From: Bdellovibrionia bacterium | GTDB taxonomy: Bacteria > Bdellovibrionota > UBA1018 | Assembly (NCBI GenBank): GCA_040399745.1 | Contig: JBBARP010000001.1 | Coordinates: 240,511 to 304,510 of the forward strand | Length of the DNA: 64,000 nucleotides | Direction: 5' to 3' | Part shown: piece by piece, positions 47,628 through 56,558 of the stretch | How the letters are laid out: every line of letters begins with the position of its first letter | How positions within the stretch are numbered: the stretch's first letter is position 1 | Made by a program: the position numbers and the translations under genes | Notes under the pieces: generated by a model | What the model was told of the DNA's origin: nothing | Databases searched by the model: none | Seen by the model: only the letters and a program-made list of their open reading frames with translations

Positions 47628-50021
47628 TCAGGGGGCCGTGGTTTCCCGGGTGGAGGGGGGCCAGTGGAGTTCGCAGCTTTCGGCTGAGGGCTCCCGGCTC
47701 GGGCTGAGGAGGGTGACCAGGACCTGCGGGTCAGGGCAATCTTCCTCAGCCCTTTTCCCCGTGAAGCGATCGATTTTGGAAGTCTTTAGGCTCGGGCTGA
47801 GGGGGAAAACGAGGGGAGGCTCTCCCTCCAGAGCGTTTTTCATAAAGCGAGTCCAGATGGGGAGTGCCGCGTTGGCGCCCGTCAGCTTTCCGGTGGGGCC
47901 CTTCTTGTTGCCCTCTTGCGCAGGATCTTGATCCTGCCCGAGCCACACCACGGTGGTCAGTTGCGGTGTGTAGCCGGCAAACCAAGCGTCACGGTGGTGG
48001 CTGGTGGTTCCCGTCTTACCTGCGGCGGGGCGGTCCCAGCCCTGAGAGGCAGCCGAGCGAGCTGTGCCTTCGGTGAATACGTCGCGAAGAACGTTCGTGA
48101 TCAAATCGGCCCCAGCCGGTGAAACGACTTGTTTTGGGTTTTCTACAAATCTTGCGTATTGAGCGCCATCGTCTTCAGTAATCGCGCGAATCACGGTGAA
48201 TTCGTGCAACAGACCATGGTTGGCCATCGCGGCATAAGAGCGCAGAAGCTCGACCGGTGAAAGCTCTGCTACTCCAAGCGACAAGGAAGGGACCTCTTTG
48301 AGGGGCTGCTCGATTCCGAGAGCGCGTGCTGTAGCAGCCACGTTGCCTAAGCCCACTTGAATGCCGAGTTTTGCAGTGACCGTGTTGACGGAGTGGGCCA
48401 GCGCCGTCCGTAGGGGGATCCAGCCCAAAAACTCCTTGTCGTAATTGCGTGGCTCCCAAGTTTGAAGGCCACGATCAAAGGTGAGTTTCCAGGGAGCATC
48501 TTCCATCGGATAGGCCGGTGAATAAGTGACCCCAGATGCATCTTTCCCGCTTTCAAATGCGGCGAGGTAGACAATGGGCTTAAAGGTCGAGCCTACTTGT
48601 CGCCGCATATTTAGAATGCGGTTGAAGGTGGAGCGACGGTAATCCGCTCCTCCCACGAGTGCGCGAATGCGCCCGTTCGTGGGGTCAACCGCAGCAAGCG
48701 CTCCTTCTAAGCGTGCGCCCTCTTGGAGACCGATCAGCTGCGTGGCGGCTTGAACTCCGTCGGTCACCGCTTTTTGGGCGTGTGTGTTCAGGATGGGGTC
48801 AAGAGTCGTATAAACACGAAGGCCAGCCGCTGCGATTTCGGATTCGGCAAAACGATCTTTCAAGCGATTCGCGAGCTCTGCTTTGACGAAATCGGTGAAA
48901 TAGGGCGCTTGGGTGGCGCGGCTCACCGGAGGAGCGAGGTGGACGGTCTCGGCTTCTGCGAGACGCGCTTCCTGCTCAACGATCTGACCGGTCTCGACCA
49001 TTTTCTTCAGCACGAGGGTTCTGCGTTCAAGCGCACGGTCGAGATGGCGATAGGGCGAGTAAAATCCTGGGCCGCGAATCAGGCCGGCCAAGAGTGCGCA
49101 CTCTCCCAAGTTCAAATCACTCAGGCGCTTCCCAAAGAAGTGCTTGGCTCCCTCGGCCACTCCATGCACTTCCAAATTACCGACTTGCCCGAGATAAACT
49201 TCGTTCAAGTAGCGCTCGAGAATTTTTTCTTTGTCGTATTTGACCTCTAAAGCCAAGGAGAGAAAGAACTCGCCTGCCTTGCGGAAAAGGTTTTTCCCGC
49301 GCCGGACCATCAAATTCTTCACGAGCTGTTGGGTGAGCGTGCTCCCGCCTTGTGCCAGAGAGAGCGTTCTCAGGTTTACCCAGACGGCGCGCGCAAGACC
49401 CCGAGGGTCGAAGCCTTTGTGTTCCAGAAAGTGCTGATCTTCGACTGCGATGATGGCTTGCCAAAGCTGCGCGGGAATTTCGCTAAACGGAACGAACTCG
49501 CGAATTTGGTTTTTTCCTTCCGACCCTCCGTCGGGAGCAAAGGTCGCGACGAGTTCCGGCTCCAGATAAAGCTCGCTCACTTCTTGGCCTTCGACTTCGA
49601 CCGATCCCAAAAGCGCAGAATCGCCTTCTCCATCGAAAGCCAGATTCACTTGTTTTCCGGTGGCCTTCAAAGTCGGGTGGTCGTCAGGAAGAAGGTACGT
49701 CGGGTACTGAATGGGGCGCAGGGTGAAGCTCAGGGCTTCTGGTCGGTCCTGGTAGCGGTAGCCCAATCGTTCCAACCGCACCCGCAGAATCCCGCGAGAC
49801 ATGGGAGGACTGATTCGGGTCAGATCGGAGTAAAGGCGTGTCGGGATGAAGGTGCTGGGCTCGAGAAAGGCCTTCTCCAGTTGTCGAAAGGAAAAGACCA
49901 AACTGGTCAAAAGTCCGAGGACGGTGAGAGTCGCCAGAACCAAAAGAATCACGCTACCCGAACGATCGCGCTTCAAGGAATCTCCTTGACTGCCCGAAGG
50001 GCGGTCAATAGAACCTTGCAT
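47628..50021 (-). CDS. mrcB: Class A penicillin-binding protein, PBP1B-like
   Basis: EDQHF, GGSTLTQQL, RQVGSTFKP (SxxK), SVN, KTGT; UB2H-like segment. Confidence 0.88.
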   Translation of the reverse strand: MQGSIDRPSGSQGDSLKRDRSGSVILLVLATLTVLGLLTSLVFSFRQLEKAFLEPSTFIPTRLYSDLTRISPPMSRGILRVRLERLGYRYQDRPEALSFTLRPIQYPTYLLPDDHPTLKATGKQVNLAFDGEGDSALLGSVEVEGQEVSELYLEPELVATFAPDGGSEGKNQIREFVPFSEIPAQLWQAIIAVEDQHFLEHKGFDPRGLARAVWVNLRTLSLAQGGSTLTQQLVKNLMVRRGKNLFRKAGEFFLSLALEVKYDKEKILERYLNEVYLGQVGNLEVHGVAEGAKHFFGKRLSDLNLGECALLAGLIRGPGFYSPYRHLDRALERRTLVLKKMVETGQIVEQEARLAEAETVHLAPPVSRATQAPYFTDFVKAELANRLKDRFAESEIAAAGLRVYTTLDPILNTHAQKAVTDGVQAATQLIGLQEGARLEGALAAVDPTNGRIRALVGGADYRRSTFNRILNMRRQVGSTFKPIVYLAAFESGKDASGVTYSPAYPMEDAPWKLTFDRGLQTWEPRNYDKEFLGWIPLRTALAHSVNTVTAKLGIQVGLGNVAATARALGIEQPLKEVPSLSLGVAELSPVELLRSYAAMANHGLLHEFTVIRAITEDDGAQYARFVENPKQVVSPAGADLITNVLRDVFTEGTARSAASQGWDRPAAGKTGTTSHHRDAWFAGYTPQLTTVVWLGQDQDPAQEGNKKGPTGKLTGANAALPIWTRFMKNALEGEPPLVFPLSPSLKTSKIDRFTGKRAEEDCPDPQVLVTLLSPSREPSAESCELHWPPSTRETTAP

Positions 50022-50095
50022 ACCTTTCCAGCGCGAGCAAGTGCACGTTCAGAAAAGGCATTTTACTTCCAAGCGGGATTTCACAGGGGGCCGAG

Positions 50096-51616
50096 ATGAT
50101 TCAACGGAAGGCGATTTCTCAGTGGGTGTTTGCAGCAGTAGCTGGCCTCGTTTTGGCCTCACCCGCGCAAGCCCTCGATCTCGATTGGAGCGGCCAGTTC
50201 TGGTCGGAAGCTCATTGGGTGAGCGGCTACACTTTGGGGAATGGGCAGCTGCCCGATGCCCGCGCCACGGCCGGTGGCTACACCGTTTCGGGCGGCGGGT
50301 CTGACTCGGCTCACTTCCAAACTCTTTTTGCGCGCCTGCGGCCCCGGGTGGTCATCAATGACAACGTCTACCTGAAGAGTGAATGGTGGGTGGGCGATCC
50401 GATCTATGGCTTCTTCGGTGGATCGGCACCGTATCCTACGGATCAGCGCCAATATTATTCGAATCAAAGCCGGGGCTCTTCGATCACGGCTCAGCGTCTT
50501 TGGCTTGAAGTGGTGTCGGACGTGGGAACTTTGCAGGTGGGTCGGGCTCCGTTGCACTGGGGACTCGGCTTGGTCTGGAACAGCGGCGAAGAGTCCTTCA
50601 GTCGTTATCCTTCCACGGGTGACGTGGTTCGCTTGGTGTCGAAGTTTGGCTCTTTCTCGTTTGTTCCTTCGATCGTGAAGTACTCGCAAGGGAACTCCAT
50701 TGGCGGTGCTTGCTCTTACGGCGCCAGCTGCGTGCCGACTGCAGGACGCCAGACGGTTTCCGATTACTCGCTTCAATTGAAGTACGAGAACGCGGACGAA
50801 GACCTCGAAGGCGGAGTGAATTTTGTGAAGCGCATCGCCGCTTCGGCTCAATCATCGACTTCCGGTTATCAGGGCGTGACCGGGGTCGGCGCAGGCAGCC
50901 ACTTCAATACTTGGGACCTCTACGGTCGCAAGCGTTGGGGCAAGCTCTCGCTGGCAGGCGAAGTCCCTCTCGCTTCGGGCGATTTGGGCGGCGTGAAGAT
51001 GGACACTTTCGCCTTGGCGACTGAGGCGGGCTATCAGTGGAGCGACTCTTGGTCGACTTTCCTGAAAGCAGGCATGGTGCCCGGACAGAAAAACATTTCT
51101 GGAGCCACTCCGAGTACGTTTGACGCGTTCTACGTGAACCCGAATTACAAAATTGGTTTGATCCTGTTCAACTATGCGTTGAACCGCTTCAGCGGTCCTT
51201 CGACCACGAACGATCCGCAGACTTCTGCTTCGAATCTGCAATCCATTTACGACAACCCGATCACGAACGCGAATTACGTGGCCTTGGGCGGAGCGTACCA
51301 ACTGGATAAATGGCGTTTCCACACGAACTGGGTGTACGCCACGGCACGTGAAACGGCGCAGCCGAATTCGAGCTACTTCAACTCCTGGACTCGCACCTAT
51401 AAAACGGCTGCGTCGGGTGTGAGTGCCCAGAGTTCGAGCTTGGGCTTAGAAGCCGACTTTGGCGCCACCTTGAAATACGATGACGCCCTCCAGGCCGGCT
51501 TAACGTTCGGTTGGTGGATGCCGGGCGACTTCTTCGCTTTCTCGAACGTCGCAGGTTCGCCGAACGCGACCGACTCGGTCTTTGCCTCGGTTCTCAGTCT
51601 GACCGTTGGATTCTGA
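50096..51616 (+). CDS. Outer-membrane beta-barrel protein of unknown function
   Basis: Signal peptide (AQA), GRAPLHWGLG, amphipathic strands, terminal Phe. Confidence 0.7.
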   Translation: MIQRKAISQWVFAAVAGLVLASPAQALDLDWSGQFWSEAHWVSGYTLGNGQLPDARATAGGYTVSGGGSDSAHFQTLFARLRPRVVINDNVYLKSEWWVGDPIYGFFGGSAPYPTDQRQYYSNQSRGSSITAQRLWLEVVSDVGTLQVGRAPLHWGLGLVWNSGEESFSRYPSTGDVVRLVSKFGSFSFVPSIVKYSQGNSIGGACSYGASCVPTAGRQTVSDYSLQLKYENADEDLEGGVNFVKRIAASAQSSTSGYQGVTGVGAGSHFNTWDLYGRKRWGKLSLAGEVPLASGDLGGVKMDTFALATEAGYQWSDSWSTFLKAGMVPGQKNISGATPSTFDAFYVNPNYKIGLILFNYALNRFSGPSTTNDPQTSASNLQSIYDNPITNANYVALGGAYQLDKWRFHTNWVYATARETAQPNSSYFNSWTRTYKTAASGVSAQSSSLGLEADFGATLKYDDALQAGLTFGWWMPGDFFAFSNVAGSPNATDSVFASVLSLTVGF

Positions 51617-51627
51617 TCGGGAGTTCG

Positions 51628-51682
51628 ATCACTGCACTGTTAATCACTGCACTGTTAATCACTGCACTGTTAATCACTGCAC
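51628..51682. repeat. Perfect 15-bp tandem repeat (ATCACTGCACTGTTA), about 3.7 copies
   Basis: Units start at 51628, 51643, 51658 and a partial at 51673; the last contains the fliL stop codon. Confidence 0.97.
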
Positions 51683-52258
51683 CATGAAAGTGTTGAAGAA
51701 CACTTGAGTGACCGAACCAGTTCCATCGTCGCTTTCGGCGGCGATGAGCTGATTGGCAAGGTCCAGAAGCTGCGAGCGAAGAACGTAGCGGCCTTGGACC
51801 GTGTTCAACTCGGAGTAGGTCTTGCGCCCCATGAGTCCGAGGAAGCGATCCATGAGGACGGATTTATATTCCTCGAGGATGGCTTTCTTTCGCACATCCT
51901 TCAGTTCCATGGTGAAGGCCACGGTGGCGTAGTGGATTTTGCCTTGGCTCAGGCCCTGGGGGCCTGGAGCTTCGAGTCCGCTAAGAGAAGGCTTCAAGTT
52001 CACGGTCACGGTCTCGAACGTGATCGAGCCAGCCTCGGAGTCCTCGCTGTTGGCTAAGCGTTTTTTCATGGCCTCGATCTTCTGGCGCTCTCCCGCTTCG
52101 GTGATGGCGGGGCGCTTGAACAGAAGTCGGGTGTAAACAAAGGTTCCCATGGCAGCGAGCGCGACCACCGTATTGGCCAGGCCCATGATCATGAGCAGGC
52201 TAGGTTTGGCTCGAGCCGGCTTTTCTGCCTGGCCTTCTGGGGGTGCGCCATCCGACAT
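51674..52258 (-). CDS. fliL: FliL-family protein
   Basis: N-terminal TM, TVNL, KIHYATVAF, GRKTYSELNTVQGRYVLR, QVFFNTFMVQ. Confidence 0.85.
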   Translation of the reverse strand: MSDGAPPEGQAEKPARAKPSLLMIMGLANTVVALAAMGTFVYTRLLFKRPAITEAGERQKIEAMKKRLANSEDSEAGSITFETVTVNLKPSLSGLEAPGPQGLSQGKIHYATVAFTMELKDVRKKAILEEYKSVLMDRFLGLMGRKTYSELNTVQGRYVLRSQLLDLANQLIAAESDDGTGSVTQVFFNTFMVQ

Positions 52259-52264
52259 AATTTC

Positions 52265-52294
52265 AGTGTAAGGGCAGGCGGGGCCGCGAGGCAA
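52265..52294 (-). promoter_or_regulatory. Leaderless sigma-70 promoter of fliL
   Basis: TTGCCT-N18-TACACT-N6-ATG. Confidence 0.65.
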
Positions 52295-52330
52295 AAAAAA
52301 GCCCCGCTTCCCAAAAGGAGAGCGGGGCTT
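52293..52330 (-). terminator. Intrinsic terminator of ald
   Basis: AAGCCCCGCT/AGCGGGGCTT stem followed by 8 T on the minus strand. Confidence 0.85.
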
Positions 52331-52353
52331 CTCAAAAAAGCGTCAGAGAACCG

Positions 52354-53460
52354 TCAGATGCGGACGGGCTCGTACGAAAGGCCCAAGTCGTCGGCCACTT
52401 GTTTGTACGAAACCTTGCCGTTCAGGATGTTCACGCCTTTCAGAAGCGCAGCATCCTTAGCGACCGCATCGCGCCAGCCCAGGTTGGCCAACATCAATGC
52501 GTACTTCAGAGTGACGTTCGTCAGAGCGTAGGTCGAAGTGCGGGGCACAGCGCCCGGCATGTTCGGCACAGCGTAGTGAATCACGCCGTCCACCGTGTAG
52601 GTGGGATGCTCGTGCGAGGTCGGACGGCAGGTTTCCACCGAACCACCTTGGTCCACGGCCACGTCGACGACGACACCGCCGGGCTGCATCTTCGAGATCA
52701 TTTCGCGCGTGACCAGTTTCGGGGCTTTTGCGCCGGCAACTAGCACTGCGCCGATCACGAGATCAGCTTGAGTGACGGCTTTTTCGATCTGCTCGCTGTT
52801 CGAATACAGCGTGGTGATCTCGTTACCGAACACGTCCGAGAGGTATTCCAAGCGGGGAACATTCACGTCAAACAAAGTGACGTTAGCGCCCAAGCCCACT
52901 GCCATCTTGGCCGAGTTGATACCCACCACGCCGCCGCCCAAGATGACGACGTTCGCGCGAGCGACGCCAGTGACGCCGCCCAGGAGCATGCCTTTACCGC
53001 CATGGTCATGTTGCAGGTAGCTTGCGCCAATCTGCGTAGCCATACGGCCGGCGACTGCCGACATCGGAGCCAAGAGCGGCAGCGAGCCGTCTGCGGGCTG
53101 GATGGTCTCGTAAGCGATGCCGACAATCTTGCGCTCCATCAGAGCTTTGGTCAGACGCTCGTCAGCCGCCAAATGCAGGTAGGTGTAGAGGATCTGATTT
53201 TCGCGAAGAAGCGGATACTCCTCGGGGAGGGGCTCCTTCACTTTCACGATCATGTCAGACTTTTCGTAGATCTCTTTTGCGCCTTCGATGATGGTCGCAC
53301 CCGCTTTGCGATAGTCATCATCGGAAATGCCAGCGCCGACGCCCGCATTGTGCTGAACCAGCACTTTGTGTCCGGCTTGGGTCAAGGCGCGAACGCCTGC
53401 GATCACCATACCGACGCGATTCTCTTTGTTCTTAATTTCCTTCGGGACGCCAACGATCAT
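52354..53460 (-). CDS. ald: Alanine dehydrogenase
   Basis: GVPKEIKNKENRV, YLHLAA, MSAVAGR, GGGVVG, DVAVDQGG, VPNMPGAV. Confidence 0.97.
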   Translation of the reverse strand: MIVGVPKEIKNKENRVGMVIAGVRALTQAGHKVLVQHNAGVGAGISDDDYRKAGATIIEGAKEIYEKSDMIVKVKEPLPEEYPLLRENQILYTYLHLAADERLTKALMERKIVGIAYETIQPADGSLPLLAPMSAVAGRMATQIGASYLQHDHGGKGMLLGGVTGVARANVVILGGGVVGINSAKMAVGLGANVTLFDVNVPRLEYLSDVFGNEITTLYSNSEQIEKAVTQADLVIGAVLVAGAKAPKLVTREMISKMQPGGVVVDVAVDQGGSVETCRPTSHEHPTYTVDGVIHYAVPNMPGAVPRTSTYALTNVTLKYALMLANLGWRDAVAKDAALLKGVNILNGKVSYKQVADDLGLSYEPVRI

Positions 53461-53472
53461 TTGAGTAGCTCC

Positions 53473-54249
53473 TTAAGAGGATTGGACCTTGAGGCCGTCA
53501 TACGCCAGGCTCACACCCTTCGGAAGTCGCGGGTGGGACTCAGCGTAATCGAAGTCGTGGCCGAGGTGAGTGAGGTAGGTCCTTTCGGGTCTCACTTTCT
53601 CGATCACGGCCAGCGCCTGTTCCAGATTCAAGTGCGTTCCATGTGGGGTTAGCCTCAAGCAGTCGAGTACCAACACAGAAAGCCCTTGGAGCCGTTCAAG
53701 CGATGTATCCGGGATATAACTGCAATCCGTAACGTAGGCAACGGAGTCGAACCTAAAGCCCAGACAGTCTTGACTGCCATGTTTAACCGGGATGAGTTGG
53801 ACGGCAACCCCTAAAATATCAATCATTTCAGGGGTATCGGGCAGCTCAGTCAGGTCTAACTGTGGGATGCCGCCGCCTTCTTGGGGGCCGGGTTGGAAGA
53901 TGTAATCGAACTTGGAACGCAGTTCTCGGGCCGTCCAAGCATTTCCGAATACGGGAATGCGCTGCTTTTGAAGGAAGTTGAAGCTGCGAAGCTCATCGAT
54001 TCCGTGGACGTGGTCAGCGTGCGGATGGGTGTAGAGAACCGCATCGACGCGCTCGATGTCGGCTCGAAGCGCTTGCTGGCGAAGGTCGGTCGAGGTGTCG
54101 ATGAGGAAACTCTTCCCTTGAGTCTCGACCCACACGGAAGCGCGAAGGCGTTGATTCTTGGGATTCGGAGAAGTGCAGACCGAACAACGGCAACGCAGCA
54201 GGGGGACGCCAGTGGATGTTCCGCAGCCCAGGACGGTGAGGTGGACCAT
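53473..54249 (-). CDS. PhnP-like metallo-beta-lactamase-fold hydrolase
   Basis: LGCGTSTGVP, CRC..C, IDT, THPHADHVHG, YVTDC, THL, THLGH. Confidence 0.9.
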   Translation of the reverse strand: MVHLTVLGCGTSTGVPLLRCRCSVCTSPNPKNQRLRASVWVETQGKSFLIDTSTDLRQQALRADIERVDAVLYTHPHADHVHGIDELRSFNFLQKQRIPVFGNAWTARELRSKFDYIFQPGPQEGGGIPQLDLTELPDTPEMIDILGVAVQLIPVKHGSQDCLGFRFDSVAYVTDCSYIPDTSLERLQGLSVLVLDCLRLTPHGTHLNLEQALAVIEKVRPERTYLTHLGHDFDYAESHPRLPKGVSLAYDGLKVQSS

Positions 54250-54255
54250 GGGCGG

Positions 54256-54284
54256 AATCTAGCGCATAGTCCGGGCCCTATGAA
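54256..54284 (-). promoter_or_regulatory. Leaderless promoter of the MBL hydrolase-ald operon
   Basis: TTCATA-N17-TAGATT-N6-ATG on minus strand. Confidence 0.55.
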
Positions 54285-55260
54285 AGTCCTCGTCACGGGT
54301 GCCAGCGGGTTTGTCGGAAGCGGCTTGATCGCAGAATTGAATCGACGAGGCATTCGGCCTCGCGCTCTTCTTCGAAAAAGTTCCGCCGTGACGAATCTGG
54401 CGGGCTTGGAATTTGACCGCGCCGAGGGCTCGCTCGGGGACGAGGCCTCGTTACGGGCCGCGGCTCGCGGCTGTGACGCTGTTTTTCACGTGGCGGGCGT
54501 TGTCACCGCGTCTTCCGAGGCCGAGTTCCTGGAGCATAACGCGGTCGGAGCCGAAAGGCTGGCCCGAGCCGTGGCCGAAGAGTGTTCGGGGCTGGGACGC
54601 TTCGTGCTGGTGTCGAGCTTAGCGGCTGCGGGGCCGGCCGGGCCCGGCGCACCGCGTACGGAGAGCGAGCCAGAGGCGCCGGTGTCGGCCTACGGGCGCA
54701 GCAAGTGGGAGGGCGAGAAGCGAGTGCTGCAGTTCAGCGATCGCATTCCCATCACGGTCATTCGTCCGCCGATGGTTTATGGACCGCGCGATCAGGCCAC
54801 CTTCCTTTTCGTCAAAAGCGTGAAAGGACGTTTGGTCCCGGCCTTTGAAAAATTCTACAGCGCCATTCATGTGGACGATCTGGTTCGCGGCATTGCCGAC
54901 GCAGGACTTGAGCCCGGACGCGCTTTGCCCTCGGGTGAGCGCCTGTTCCTGACTCGCGAGCAGGTGTTCAGCTACTCGGAAATGATGGAAGCGATCGGGG
55001 ACTGCCTGGGGAAAAAGCCCATCGCCTTTCCGCTTCCGTTCCCCGTTCTGGCCGGGGTGGCGTGGGGCCTGGATGGCTTAGGGAAAATCACGGGTCGCAC
55101 CTATCCGCTGAATCGCGACAAGCTGAACGAGATTCGCCCCGATCATTGGACTTGCTCCGGAGAGAAGGCGCGGAAGCTTCTCGGGTTTGAAGCCAAGCAC
55201 GACATTCGTTCTGGCTGGGCAGATGCCGTTGCGTGGTACCGAAGCGCGGGCTGGATCTAA
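54280..55260 (+). CDS. NAD-dependent epimerase/dehydratase (extended SDR)
   Basis: TGASGFVG, VFHVAG, VSSLAA, YGRSK, RPPMVYGP. Confidence 0.9.
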   Translation: MKVLVTGASGFVGSGLIAELNRRGIRPRALLRKSSAVTNLAGLEFDRAEGSLGDEASLRAAARGCDAVFHVAGVVTASSEAEFLEHNAVGAERLARAVAEECSGLGRFVLVSSLAAAGPAGPGAPRTESEPEAPVSAYGRSKWEGEKRVLQFSDRIPITVIRPPMVYGPRDQATFLFVKSVKGRLVPAFEKFYSAIHVDDLVRGIADAGLEPGRALPSGERLFLTREQVFSYSEMMEAIGDCLGKKPIAFPLPFPVLAGVAWGLDGLGKITGRTYPLNRDKLNEIRPDHWTCSGEKARKLLGFEAKHDIRSGWADAVAWYRSAGWI

Positions 55261-55267
55261 GCCAGGC

Positions 55268-55642
55268 TCAGGCCGGCTGGGGCGCAGTGGCTTCGCTGAC
55301 GCCCGAAACGCAGCGCCCTTCAAAAGTGCAGCCGAAATCGAGTGCCACTCGCGGAGCACGGATGTTGCCGATCACGCGGCCCGTGCCGCTGACCGTGACT
55401 TTTCCTGTGGCCACTACGTCACCGCGGATAAAGCCGTCGATAGTGATCGTGTCGGCTTGGATATTTCCTTCGACCCAACCCGTTTCCGCAATCACGAGAT
55501 GGCTTCCGGGAGCGGCATGCACTTCGCCAACCAAGGCTCCATGCACGCGAGCAAATTGCTCGAAGCGGATTTTCCCTTCGATACGCGAGCCCTCGGAAAT
55601 CAAGGTCAGTCGGCTTTCAGAAACCCAGGCTTCGGATTTCAT
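55268..55642 (-). CDS. Bactofilin
   Basis: TLISEGSRIEGKI, GWVEGNIQA, IDGFIRGDV, GRVIGNI, GCTFEG beta-helix; ATGA overlap with upstream gene. Confidence 0.93.
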   Translation of the reverse strand: MKSEAWVSESRLTLISEGSRIEGKIRFEQFARVHGALVGEVHAAPGSHLVIAETGWVEGNIQADTITIDGFIRGDVVATGKVTVSGTGRVIGNIRAPRVALDFGCTFEGRCVSGVSEATAPQPA

Positions 55643-56487
55643 TTTGCTCCTCCGGAAGCTTCGCCTGCCGGGCGTCCGGGAACTCCCACTTTCACTTCGT
55701 AGAGAAGCTTTCCGGCCTGGCTCAGGATCATGACAGTGACTTCGGTAAAGGTATCGTCGGCATCGAGTGGTCCGAAATCGGCTTGAATGGGGCGCATCCG
55801 GCTGACCGAGAAGAACTCCCCACGGAGCGGGTTGATCAGCGACTTGGCCTGGTTCGTGTCGAGAACGCCTTTCGGGTAAGCCATGAGCGTATCGGGTCCG
55901 CGCGCGAGAATCACGATTCGGCCTTGTTGGTTGCCGCCATCCTCCGCGATGTACTGAATGGCTGACCGTACTTGGAGCGTTCGACCTTTCCACGAAAGCT
56001 GGGGCGAGCTCAGGCGGAAGTTCAGGCCCGAAGGAACCTGCGATGCGATCGCGGGTGCTGTCGGCTGAGTGGGTTGAGCCAACGCGACGGTGGGCACAGG
56101 AGCCGGCGCGGTCGCTGGAACATTGGCTGCGACCACGGGCGCTGCTGCTGGGCTGGGCGCAGGTACTGGGGCGCCTGCAGAGGGCTGCGTGGGCGTCAAA
56201 GAAGTGGCGTCCTGAAGCGCAGTGGGATCGAGCTGAGCCAGGCGGTTCTTGATGGTTTGATTCTGGAGTTCGAGTTCGCGAACGCGCTCGGATTCGGTCC
56301 AGTGGTAACGGACGCCCCAATAGGTGGCGACTCCCAGCGAGATCGTAGTGATTCCGATGGCGCCGCCAAGCATCCAGCCCAGGCGCGTGAACCAAGCGAC
56401 CGGCAGCTCAAACGAGCGCGAGACCAGATTGTCCTTCAGGACCAGAACGGTAACGTGCGCGTTAGATTCTTGGCGTTCCGGCGGCAT
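55639..56487 (-). CDS. Bitopic membrane protein coupled to bactofilin
   Basis: Cytoplasmic HVTVLVL..RSF peptide, TM, short coiled coil, Pro/Ala linker, beta-sandwich C-terminus. Confidence 0.7.
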   Translation of the reverse strand: MPPERQESNAHVTVLVLKDNLVSRSFELPVAWFTRLGWMLGGAIGITTISLGVATYWGVRYHWTESERVRELELQNQTIKNRLAQLDPTALQDATSLTPTQPSAGAPVPAPSPAAAPVVAANVPATAPAPVPTVALAQPTQPTAPAIASQVPSGLNFRLSSPQLSWKGRTLQVRSAIQYIAEDGGNQQGRIVILARGPDTLMAYPKGVLDTNQAKSLINPLRGEFFSVSRMRPIQADFGPLDADDTFTEVTVMILSQAGKLLYEVKVGVPGRPAGEASGGAK

Positions 56488-56497
56488 GGCTTTGAAA

Positions 56498-56526
56498 ACC
56501 TTAGCGATTCGGATGGGGGGTGTCAA
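56498..56526 (-). promoter_or_regulatory. Sigma-70 promoter of the membrane protein-bactofilin operon
   Basis: TTGACA-N17-TAAGGT, 10 nt before ATG; no SD. Confidence 0.75.
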
Positions 56527-56558
56527 CTTGCGGAGGACTTTGGCCGATAGGCACATCG

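Noticed and set aside
50036-50051. Sigma-54 promoter for PBP1B (TGAACGTGCACTTGCT, minus strand)
   Set aside because: The near-invariant -24 GG is GA, and it is very close to the SD.
51628-51682. CRISPR array
   Set aside because: Head-to-tail 15-bp units with no spacers and no cas genes.
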